From: Coleofasciculus sp. B1-GNL1-01
GTDB taxonomy: Bacteria > Cyanobacteriota > Cyanobacteriia > Cyanobacteriales > Coleofasciculaceae
DNA: 34,296 nt
NCBI GenBank assembly: GCA_040220235.1
Contig: JAVJTO010000104.1
Direction: 5' to 3' (one strand)
This document shows, piece after piece, positions 8,278 to 16,624 of the stretch. A model generated the notes under the pieces. It made no database searches and was not told where the DNA came from. It saw nothing but the letters and a program-made list of their open reading frames with translations. Each line of letters opens with the position of its first letter. The first letter of the stretch is position 1. The position numbers and the translations under genes are program-made.

Positions 8278-10023
8278 CTAAGACAACGCCATCATGCGAT
8301 CGGATTCGCCTTCGCCTCTTCTACCCTGAACTAAAGGTGGACTGAAGGGCGGATAACTTTCTTTTGCCGGAGGCAGATTACCGAAAAAAGTGCCGTAAGC
8401 GGGAATTTTCAAAATATTGCCCTGTCGCTGTGCCGTCATATCTAGACCTCGAATTGTCTGACACTCAGCATAGGGCGATAAATCGTACTCCGTTGACATT
8501 TCACTCAAATTGAACAAACAAATTAACCGCTGCTCCTCCGTTTCTCGAATCAAACCGAAAATCGGTTCCTCTGTTTTGAGCATCTGACAATCCCCTCTCA
8601 TCAGAGCCGGTTGCTGTTTGCGCCAATGCAGAAAACGACGCCAGGTATTGAGCAAAGAATTGGGTTCATTGTCTTGCAGATTAACTGCCCGTTCTCGATG
8701 GGATTGGGGGACAGGTAACCAAGGCTTAGAGGCAGTCGTAAAGCCCCCATGTAGGGAATCAGCTATCCAGGGTATCGGTGTGCGCGAGCCATCTCGTCCA
8801 GGGAGAATCGGGTAAAGGGCTTTGCCAAAGGGGTCTTTGATTTCTTCTACGGGAATATCTTCGGGTATTCTGGCGACAGGCAACCCTAATTCGTCTCCTT
8901 GGTAGAGACAAAATGCTCCTGGTAAGGATAATAGCAGCCCAACCATCATCTGATAGAATCCCTCTGGGTAAGGTTTACCCGAAGCCTCCTTACCCGTCCA
9001 GCACGATCGCAAACGACCATAATCATGATTCCCGACGCACCAACAATTTCCGCCATCGGGGAAGTGAGTGAGAACTTTCTCCAATGTTTGATACAGGCGG
9101 GTAGCGCTGATGGATTCGTCAAATAAGAGGGCGCTATTGTACGCTAAATGCAAGCACTGATCACCGACGTACTCACTCGATAGGGCAATTGAATCCTCAG
9201 CCAGGGTAACTTCACCTAGAGTAATCACACCTGGATACGCCTGGACGAACTCGCGGATGTGTTTGAGGACTTCTATTGTTTCCGGGCGACAGAAGTTGTA
9301 CTTAAACAGTTGATGGGCAAAGGGATTTTTGGGAGATATGCCATCTGGTAAAGAAGCATCAGCAGGGCGCACGGGATTGTCTCGTAATTCTTGATCGTGG
9401 AAGTAAAAATTAACCGCATCCAAACGGAACCCATCGACCCCCAGTTCCAGCCAAAACCTCGCCTCTGCCAAAACTGCTTCAATCACAGCGGGATTATGCC
9501 AGTTGAGATCCGGCTGACTCTTGAGAAAGTTATGGAAATAGTATTGTCCGCGTTCGGGACTCCACGTCCAACCACTGTCACCTAGAAAAGCGGATCGCCA
9601 ATTATTGGGTGGCGAACCATCTGGTTTCGGATCAGCCCAAACATACCAGTCCGCTTTAGGATTGTCTCGACTGCTGCGGCTTTCTTGAAACCAGGGATGC
9701 CGATCTGACGTGTGACTCCAAATTTGGTCAACAATCACTTTCAATCCCCGTGCATGGGCAAGGGCAAGTAATCGCTGGAAATCCTCCAAGCTGCCATACA
9801 TGGGATCGATAGAACGCAAATCTGTGGGATCATATCCCAAATCTTCCCGTGGCGATTCATAAATCGGACACAACCAAATGGCATCTACGCCTAGGGCAGC
9901 GATGTAATCTAACTTGGCGATAATGCCATTAAGATCCCCTTCACCATCACCACTCGTATCGAGGAAACTGCGAGGAACTATATGATAAATTACAGCATTT
10001 TGCCACCATTTTACCGTTTGCAT
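8278..10023 (-). CDS. GH13 alpha-glucosidase (oligo-1,6-glucosidase/maltase type)
   Basis: WWQNAVIYHI.PRSF.D..GDG.GDL.G, QPDLNW, GVDGFRLDAVN (catalytic Asp), GE, GNHD, YQGDELG, RDGSRTP. Confidence 0.92.
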   Translation of the reverse strand: MQTVKWWQNAVIYHIVPRSFLDTSGDGEGDLNGIIAKLDYIAALGVDAIWLCPIYESPREDLGYDPTDLRSIDPMYGSLEDFQRLLALAHARGLKVIVDQIWSHTSDRHPWFQESRSSRDNPKADWYVWADPKPDGSPPNNWRSAFLGDSGWTWSPERGQYYFHNFLKSQPDLNWHNPAVIEAVLAEARFWLELGVDGFRLDAVNFYFHDQELRDNPVRPADASLPDGISPKNPFAHQLFKYNFCRPETIEVLKHIREFVQAYPGVITLGEVTLAEDSIALSSEYVGDQCLHLAYNSALLFDESISATRLYQTLEKVLTHFPDGGNCWCVGNHDYGRLRSCWTGKEASGKPYPEGFYQMMVGLLLSLPGAFCLYQGDELGLPVARIPEDIPVEEIKDPFGKALYPILPGRDGSRTPIPWIADSLHGGFTTASKPWLPVPQSHRERAVNLQDNEPNSLLNTWRRFLHWRKQQPALMRGDCQMLKTEEPIFGLIRETEEQRLICLFNLSEMSTEYDLSPYAECQTIRGLDMTAQRQGNILKIPAYGTFFGNLPPAKESYPPFSPPLVQGRRGEGESDRMMALS

Positions 10024-10274
10024 GGGATCACCTCTCACATCTGAGGATGAGTTTGATGACTGAGTAACGGGAGAATAAACAACAACTTACCCGCTCAATC
10101 AATGGATTATGACCAGGATTTCTCTAAAAAACAATTAGCATTTCCCCGCGTCAGAGTAGGGAAAGCCGATCTTGGTTTAATCTGGAGTTTAGACTCAATC
10201 CAAACGAAACCCGATATAGGCTCACTTTCCCTGTTTAATTTTGATGATCATTCTCATAAGTGGGTGGACACAAG

Positions 10275-10308
10275 TAAAGTTAACGGTTGAGATTAGGGAA
10301 CTCTTAAC
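10275..10308 (-). promoter_or_regulatory. 34-bp element upstream of the alpha-glucosidase, repeated at 18591..18624
   Basis: TAAAGTTAACGGTTGAGATTAGGGAACTCTTAAC, 33/34 identical to the copy upstream of the ClC gene. Confidence 0.55.
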
Positions 10309-10925
10309 GGGGAACAGAGACAATCAGAATGAACCCAAATCTATCACTGATTGTGAGGCGATTATTTCGTTCTCTGTGTCAATCTGTGTCCCCCACGATT
10401 CAGGGTTCTGTCTGCGCCCTCCTCGTCTGTGTGATCTGTGTTTTTGTCAATACTTAGTTATGATTTTTATCGAAACTTTAAAAAAATACATGCGTCGAAG
10501 GGGACATTGGCAATGAGACTAAAACCGGAAATTATACAAAGTTTTACGAATATTCAAGGAGTTTAGCTGTGTCGGGATGATTAAAACCCATAAAAAACCC
10601 ACCATAGATAGTATACCTGAAAACCGCACAAGTTGCTCACAATCGCCGTAACCCTTGAAATTTCGTAGATTATTTCGGACAAGGGGTAAAAAACGAGCAA
10701 TTATGACGTTTTGTTGAGACCTGTACCTGATTGGAAAATTCAAACTGTTCTGGGGGAAAGAATAGTTTAAATTATTAGAGCTTGACAAGTTGAGCCGAAA
10801 TGACATTGAGTCGAGGGAAGGATATGTCAGTAGCGAAGGAGAAAGAAACAGCCAAGTGGTGTGTCGTGAATCGTTGTTATCACACCTGAGTGCGATCGCC
10901 CAGGGATGATCGGCTCTGATTAGTC

Positions 10926-11032
10926 TAAGCTGTTCGGCATTTAAAACCTTAATGTCAATAATGGCGAAATCCTTGCCGTAGTGCGAGCATCTTGCTCGCT
11001 ACCCATTCCCAATTTAAATGCATGACGGCTTA
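10926..11032. mobile_element. MITE-like element with TA-bounded terminal inverted repeats and an internal GTAG REP hairpin
   Basis: TAAGCTGTTCGGCATTTAAA / TTTAAATGCATGACGGCTTA imperfect TIRs; internal GTAGTGCGAGC-ATCTT-GCTCGCTAC at 10978-11002. Confidence 0.6.
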
Positions 11033-11085
11033 AAGTCTGACTACTTAGTTTTTTGGACTTCAACTTGAAATGCGGAGTCTGGCTT

Positions 11086-11607
11086 TTAAAACGAGTACTG
11101 TTCCTCTGGAAATTCTCGATGTTCAGTTGAGTCAGCCTTGCCGTTAGCCGTGGCAGAATTAGCCAAATTCCCACGACTTAAATGTCGGAACATCCAAGCC
11201 CGAACCAACAACAATCCAGCCAGAACAGTCAAAAACACACAAACTCCTAGAAGGCGGTCAATGGGAATATCGAGTACTCCCTTTAAAATGACTTCCCGCA
11301 GTGCAGAAACCAGAGAAACTTCCACGGCGGCTCCTACCGATATTCGCTGCTCTTGTAGATAGATAATTAAGAGCCGGAATAGCTCGACCAGTATCAGAAT
11401 GAATAAGATATCAGAGGTGATGACCTGAAAATTTAGAGGCTTGAGGAGGGAGACATACATCTCTCCTAATCGAATTAACATCACACAAAATAAGCCAACA
11501 CAGAGGGAAATGATAATGAAGTTCTGGAAAACCTCCAAATTACGAACGATGGTATTTCGTGAGAACCAAGACTTCCGTAGCATCTTCAGGAAAGATTCAC
11601 TTCTCAT
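11086..11607 (-). CDS. Phosphate-starvation-inducible PsiE-family membrane protein
   Basis: Four TM helices; ILFILILVELFRLLIIYL...VEVSLVSALREVIL pattern. Confidence 0.8.
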   Translation of the reverse strand: MRSESFLKMLRKSWFSRNTIVRNLEVFQNFIIISLCVGLFCVMLIRLGEMYVSLLKPLNFQVITSDILFILILVELFRLLIIYLQEQRISVGAAVEVSLVSALREVILKGVLDIPIDRLLGVCVFLTVLAGLLLVRAWMFRHLSRGNLANSATANGKADSTEHREFPEEQYSF

Positions 11608-11742
11608 AGCTACAGTCGGGTGATCAAGTCAAAGATTCTAACTTAACGGGCGACGAGTTTCTCTATCCACAACAAAACGCCTAAGCCGAGGCTCTAGACT
11701 ATGCCTGTTATGAAGGGAAAATACTTACTGTTAACGGGGTAG

Positions 11743-12036
11743 TTAGTCCGAATCTGATTCATTTTGCTTTAACCCCGCTAGATACTCTTGTCCTTTAGTT
11801 GTAATTTTGCCTCGAACAAAATGAATGGGTTGAGGTAAAATGGCGAAGGCAGCATAGGCTCCGGGAGTAAATTCACCCTCAATGAAACCTTTTTCTTTTA
11901 GATAGTCGAGGTGAAAGACAAGGTCGTACTCGTCATTATTGAACAAATGAGCAATGTCTTTCTCTTCAAAGCCTGTTTCTCCTTGTTCCGCCGCAATTTC
12001 TAAGACTTGCTGTAGGATTTGTTTGTATAGTTTCAT
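11743..12036 (-). CDS. Small winged-helix-like protein (YjcQ/DUF2513-like)
   Basis: Strong AAGGAGG RBS; HLDYL.EKGFIEG...ITTKGQEYL pattern. Confidence 0.6.
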   Translation of the reverse strand: MKLYKQILQQVLEIAAEQGETGFEEKDIAHLFNNDEYDLVFHLDYLKEKGFIEGEFTPGAYAAFAILPQPIHFVRGKITTKGQEYLAGLKQNESDSD

Positions 12037-12093
12037 CCTTTCCTCCTTTAATTGTGTTGCGATTGTTGTAGAAATAACGGTGAAATTCTTAAA

Positions 12094-13515
12094 TTAATTG
12101 GAGGCTTCAAACAGCTTGTATCGCTTGCGAACAGGAGTGTGATAGGACTCCACCCAGTCTCCAGCAAGAACGTCCATTTCGGTGGTAATCTGTTGCCACT
12201 GAGCAGGCGTACACCAAGATGGCTCTACCCAGTCAATTTCAAACTCCCCACCCAACTCTCGCCCTAACGCCCAAAGGTTAACGTTCTTGGGAACATCCCA
12301 GACGACTAGAGAGATTTCACTCCAGAAATTCCACGGCGACTCTGGGTGAACTAAATCGCCAATAACTCCTACTCCTCCTACTTGATAGTCCTGCTGTAAT
12401 TTACGAGCTACCTCTAGAGCCACCGATCGCGCTTTTTGCCGTCGTTCCTGATCCGTTGAATAACGTTGCTCCAGTTCAACGAGCGCAGTTATCCAGTCTT
12501 GGGACGGAAACAGCTTCACGGTTTCGACTAAACCTAGACTCATCAACAGCATTCCCAGGGCATTTCGAGTTCCCATTGTCCCGCCGACGAGGGGATAGCG
12601 TCCCCCATAACCCTCGAATTTAGCTTCCGGACACCAAGAAACAAATTGCTCGAATTGGATAGAGACGGGTTCTAGTTCAACTTGAGGGACAAAAGGCAAC
12701 GTTCCCCAAACTAACTCTTCGCCTTCTACCTCACGCATAACCCAGTCGCCTTTTTGATACGGCGCTTGAAAAATGGGCAACTTTTGGTCATAAGGCAGCC
12801 ACAAATGATTCGGCGTAAAGGTCAACCCTTCAATCCCCCGATAACAGCCATCGGGGTCTAATTTCTGCGGTTGATAGCCCCAGTCAGTCAGGCGAAACAA
12901 CTCAACCTGCTGCTGCACTGGGTCGATAGTCCAATAGTGGCTAACGCCACCTGCTTCATAGCGACGAAATCGCTCTTGTTTGTCGAATTCACTATGTTCT
13001 GGCAGGAGTACCTCAATAACTAAGTCCGCTGGACCTTCAAAAAACCAGTGGTGATAGCCTTGCAAACGGCTGACTGGCATAAACATCAGGTCTGGGGTAA
13101 AAGCGTCTTCTCCCAGGCGCATCACAAAGTCGCCACCGATGCACTTGCCCAGACTGGCAATACCGACAGCCGTGAACAAATCTTGGGTTAGCAGGGTGCG
13201 GACGTGCCAATGTTTGCCAAGATGCCGTGATCCTAACGGAGGAATGGATGGGGCTTGATCGGGGTAATTCCTTGCCCATTCTGATAAATCCGATTCCGAT
13301 GGGGCGTCAAAGGCAACCCGCAGCGCTTCGTACCATAGCTTCACAGGTGCAAATGCTAGGGCGCTTTCTTTCCCCCAGCCCTGAATGATTTCTCGCAGTA
13401 ACCACCGACTACCCGCAAGGCTTCCACCGATGACGAACTGCCCATCAACCAACTCAAAGCGCATTTCTGGGCTAGTCGCTTCAAATTCCTCGATCGCATC
13501 CGTTGGATGAGTCAT
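12094..13515 (-). CDS. Uma2 (DUF820) restriction-endonuclease-fold protein fused to a degenerate minimal nucleotidyltransferase-like domain
   Basis: Uma2 motifs FTPDLMF, GPADLVIEVL, YEAGGVSHYWTIDP. C-terminal VARKLQQDY...VGVIGDL...FWSEISLVVW resembles MNT (FGS...SDIDL). GGAGG RBS before ATG 13515. Confidence 0.78.
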   Translation of the reverse strand: MTHPTDAIEEFEATSPEMRFELVDGQFVIGGSLAGSRWLLREIIQGWGKESALAFAPVKLWYEALRVAFDAPSESDLSEWARNYPDQAPSIPPLGSRHLGKHWHVRTLLTQDLFTAVGIASLGKCIGGDFVMRLGEDAFTPDLMFMPVSRLQGYHHWFFEGPADLVIEVLLPEHSEFDKQERFRRYEAGGVSHYWTIDPVQQQVELFRLTDWGYQPQKLDPDGCYRGIEGLTFTPNHLWLPYDQKLPIFQAPYQKGDWVMREVEGEELVWGTLPFVPQVELEPVSIQFEQFVSWCPEAKFEGYGGRYPLVGGTMGTRNALGMLLMSLGLVETVKLFPSQDWITALVELEQRYSTDQERRQKARSVALEVARKLQQDYQVGGVGVIGDLVHPESPWNFWSEISLVVWDVPKNVNLWALGRELGGEFEIDWVEPSWCTPAQWQQITTEMDVLAGDWVESYHTPVRKRYKLFEASN

Positions 13516-13639
13516 GGTTGTTTCGCCTCCTCTGTTTTTACCTTGTGAAAGAGCGATCGGGTTTCTCATGGCTTTTGGGGATCGCTGGCATCAGAAACCC
13601 GATGTGAGAGTGATTAATGTCCGTCAGAATTGAGAAATA

Positions 13640-13668
13640 ATTTAGGGAGAGGCTCTAACCTCCCTAAA
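13640..13668 (-). terminator. Stem-loop downstream of the PRC-barrel gene
   Basis: TTTAGGGAG-AGGCTCTAAC-CTCCCTAAA inverted repeat. Confidence 0.55.
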
Positions 13669-13674
13669 CCCTAC

Positions 13675-14433
13675 TTACTTTTTACGAGCGATTTGTGTCC
13701 AAGCAGAATCTAGAACTAATTTCACCCGTGCTTTAGCACGGCTGGCGCTATGCTGTAAGCTTTCCCATTTGTCCTGCAAGAACTCTCTCGCCTCAGCCAG
13801 AGCATTTTTGTTGTGCTGACCCGAAGCTTCCAATTCGTCACTGACCTGTTTAATTTTGACGCGGACGACGTCCGGTTTATCCCCAGGAGAAATTAAAGAG
13901 CGCAACCGCGAATTCATCGCATTCACCAAAGTCTTAACCTGCTGCGACTTCTCGCTCAAAAATCCCTTGAGTCCCTCTGATTCACTTTTGAGTCGCTCGG
14001 ACGCCCCGTCTTGCAAGATAATGACTTCAGAGTTGATTGCTGCTACGTCTTCCGGGAACAATACCGCCCGTTCTCCAAAAGGAGTCGCAATGTCACCTCC
14101 CAAGATATAGGCGGCAATTTCTCTAGTTTCCCAATCAAAGAGAAAATCCTCTACCCAACCCGAGGAATCTGTGTTGGGAGAGCGAACTGCCAAGCGGTGC
14201 AAGGGACGAAGATTTGCAGGCGGCTCAACCACCGTCCGGCTATACGTTAAAACAGCATCAGGCTCAATGACTTCCACCTGCTCTAATGGTGTATATCCTT
14301 GAGTTCCGGCTAAGTAAGCCGCTCGTCCCGTATCATCAACCCAGACCTCTTCAATTGTATTGAAGTTGGTAGCAGTGGTGCGGTCAACTGCCCTCAAACC
14401 TATCATCTGACTGCGACGCACAACATTAAGCAT
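13675..14433 (-). CDS. Tandem PRC-barrel domain protein with helical C-terminus
   Basis: Two PRC-like units (IEEVWVD..GR..YL; GWVEDFLFDWETREIAAYIL); GAGGAGG RBS. Confidence 0.75.
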   Translation of the reverse strand: MLNVVRRSQMIGLRAVDRTTATNFNTIEEVWVDDTGRAAYLAGTQGYTPLEQVEVIEPDAVLTYSRTVVEPPANLRPLHRLAVRSPNTDSSGWVEDFLFDWETREIAAYILGGDIATPFGERAVLFPEDVAAINSEVIILQDGASERLKSESEGLKGFLSEKSQQVKTLVNAMNSRLRSLISPGDKPDVVRVKIKQVSDELEASGQHNKNALAEAREFLQDKWESLQHSASRAKARVKLVLDSAWTQIARKK

Positions 14434-14614
14434 AGTGTTTCACCTCCTCAAACTGTTGATGAATGTGTACGGATGCACTATCAGGTTAAAAGCAAGGAAA
14501 ATAAACCACACAGGGCAATGCCATCAAACACACCCGCCCCGAACAGAAGTAGGGTGACGGGAAGATATATCATTGCTTTGGCAGCGTACCCATCCAGTTG
14601 ATTGGCGGCTAATC

Positions 14615-14660
14615 ACTACTTCGGTGGCGCTGGTTTCCACCTCATTGCCACCGAAGCAGT
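14615..14660 (-). terminator. Stem-loop downstream of hsp20 copy 1
   Basis: ACTACTTCGGTGGC / GCCACCGAAGCAGT, 13/14 inverted repeat. Confidence 0.55.
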
Positions 14661-14668
14661 ATCGAGGA

Positions 14669-15115
14669 TTAGCCAATATTGACCTTAATCGGCTTTTCCT
14701 TCTCGTCTTCCACTTTCGGCAGCGTCAGATTCAATATACCCTCCTGGTATTCGGCTTGAGCTTGGGTGTTCTCCACTCGCGCAGGTAGGGGAATGACCCG
14801 TTCAAATTTGCCATAGCGGAACTCTGTGCGACTCCAGCCTCCATTTTCACTCTGAGATTCCCATCGGCGTTCACCGCTAATTGCCACGGATTCCGCTGTG
14901 ACTCGCACGTCTAAGTCTTTCGCTTCCATTCCGGGAATCTCTAGCCGCAGGTGGATAGAATCATCCGTTTCTTCCATTTCGACGGGAGGGACAAAGGTAA
15001 TCCCCGCAATGTCTCCACCGCCATCCGTTGTCGCCGTGAGTTCGTCAAATAGGCGGTTCATGCGTTGTTGTAGAGTATCAAGTTCTGGGAAAGGTTGCCA
15101 ACGAACTAAAGCCAT
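14669..15115 (-). CDS. hspA: Hsp20/alpha-crystallin small heat-shock protein, copy 1
   Basis: MALVRWQPF, EIPG, ISGERR, EFRYGKFERVIPLP, AEYQEGILNLTLPK; AAGGAGG RBS. Confidence 0.93.
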   Translation of the reverse strand: MALVRWQPFPELDTLQQRMNRLFDELTATTDGGGDIAGITFVPPVEMEETDDSIHLRLEIPGMEAKDLDVRVTAESVAISGERRWESQSENGGWSRTEFRYGKFERVIPLPARVENTQAQAEYQEGILNLTLPKVEDEKEKPIKVNIG

Positions 15116-15157
15116 AATCGTTACCTCCTTGTTCTGTCAAGTTGTAGAGATGACTGT

Positions 15158-15266
15158 AAAGAGGTTTGAGAGGTTGGTTTGTACACCTCTTTCGATAATC
15201 TAAAGTACAATAACTGGCAGTCAAGCTAAGTTCGGTTTGCTACCCAACAAAAAATTGGGATTACCC
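15158..15266 (-). promoter_or_regulatory. hsp20 copy 1 promoter/5'UTR: 5' hairpin, candidate -10 TAGATT, upstream GTTCGG and GGGATT boxes
   Basis: Same motifs at the same spacing as upstream of copy 2 (22072..22180). Confidence 0.65.
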
Positions 15267-15295
15267 TAAACTCAGAAGTGTGGAACGATAGCTTA

Positions 15296-15330
15296 CGCCC
15301 CCACTTGACAGGCTGTCGGGTAAATGTGTT
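15296..15330 (+). repeat. Direct repeat, left copy, flanking a two-gene cassette
   Basis: CGCCCCCACTTGACAGGCTGTCGGGTAAATGTGTT; near-identical copy at 16447..16480. Confidence 0.85.
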
Positions 15331-15377
15331 ATTCCTGCTTACGATTTTGCTTTGACAGTTACTCCAAAGGTCTCACA

Positions 15378-15806
15378 ATGTCCAACAATGAAATGAGGTT
15401 CAGTAATAGTCTTCGCCAAAAGCTGATTAAAGACTGCACCCCTCAGGAATTGGTAGCGGCTTTGATGCTTCAGGCAAAATGCGATGCCTTTAACCCAGAG
15501 CAGGTATTAGCGGATTTATATAGATATCCTCAGTTATGGCAAAGTTTTTGGATGGGAACGATGCTACCGCTTAACTCCCAGCCGCCGCTTCCCCTGTCAC
15601 TGATTATGCTCAGAGATCTTCAAGAATTTTGGCATACTGATACACTTTATGTATTAGCTCAAAACCCAATGAGCATTACTCCACTTCAAGAGCTTGGGGA
15701 ACAGTGGAACTGCGATACAGTGCAGGTTATTGATGGAGAAAAAGCTCAAGCCTTGTTAGGACTGTATCACGATACACCCCCTATTGCTGTATTTTGGTGG
15801 GATTGA
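15378..15806 (+). CDS. Hypothetical protein ending in a WWD motif
   Basis: Open frame ending AVFWWD-stop; start chosen at ATG 15378 after AAGG. Confidence 0.65.
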   Translation: MSNNEMRFSNSLRQKLIKDCTPQELVAALMLQAKCDAFNPEQVLADLYRYPQLWQSFWMGTMLPLNSQPPLPLSLIMLRDLQEFWHTDTLYVLAQNPMSITPLQELGEQWNCDTVQVIDGEKAQALLGLYHDTPPIAVFWWD

Positions 15807-15810
15807 AGTT

Positions 15811-16428
15811 ATGGGGTATAGTATTCACTACCAATTTAATGCTGGTAATCGCCCTAGCGACGAAATTCGTTCTGTTTTACATTCATTACATCACCATGCA
15901 CAAGCACTTCCATTTAGTTGGGTAGATGCTAACGTTACTGAGTTGCAAGGAAAAGACTGTGTTTTCAGCCCTGAAAACGGAACCTCTTTGCTCCTTACTC
16001 TCCAAGCCATTCAACATAACTTTGCCACAGGTGAATCTATATATCCTACTCATTTAATTGGATTTGAGACGCTTCCTAGACCTGGATGCGAAGGTTTAGT
16101 TATTTTTCTAGGACAGTATTCTCATCATGAAAACTGGATGGCAACAGGACATTGCAAAACACAATTTGCATCTCAACCCGAATATGGGGGGATCGCTAAT
16201 TTTGTTCTGGCTCATACTCTAGTTGTTGAAATGTTAGAGCAGACTCAAAATCTAGGAATTTTAGATAATGTTTTTGATGAAACTGGATATTGGCAACAGC
16301 GGGACTTACGCTGTTTAGTTGAGAGGGATTCAGTGCCAGGAGTTCGTCAGGCGATTATCCAAATACTACCAAATTCATCATCTGAATTTTTGCAAAAACT
16401 ACAGCGACAGCTCGATGAACTGTCCTGA
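15811..16428 (+). CDS. Hypothetical protein
   Basis: Starts 4 nt after the upstream stop. Motif-like segments MGYSIHY, PGCE, CKTQFAS..YGG..NF..AH, DETGYW..RD. Confidence 0.7.
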   Translation: MGYSIHYQFNAGNRPSDEIRSVLHSLHHHAQALPFSWVDANVTELQGKDCVFSPENGTSLLLTLQAIQHNFATGESIYPTHLIGFETLPRPGCEGLVIFLGQYSHHENWMATGHCKTQFASQPEYGGIANFVLAHTLVVEMLEQTQNLGILDNVFDETGYWQQRDLRCLVERDSVPGVRQAIIQILPNSSSEFLQKLQRQLDELS

Positions 16429-16446
16429 ACTACCCTATTCAACTAC

Positions 16447-16480
16447 CGCCCTCACTTGACAGGCTGCGGGTAAATGTGTT
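16447..16480 (+). repeat. Direct repeat, right copy
   Basis: CGCCCTCACTTGACAGGCTGCGGGTAAATGTGTT; one substitution and one indel versus the left copy. Confidence 0.85.
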
Positions 16481-16624
16481 CAATTCTCCTCAAGCACCAG
16501 GCTTGAAGTAATCCAAAATGCGATCGCCTGGTTGCCACTCTTGTTCGGCTTGCACCATCCGCATTTAAATTGCATAACTTTGCCTTGTCTCTACCGATAA
16601 GTATTCCACCGGACATGATATAAC

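Noticed and set aside
10102..10806. ORFs 10102..10290, 10241..10516 and 10519..10806
   Set aside because: No clear RBS or motifs and an unprotein-like composition.
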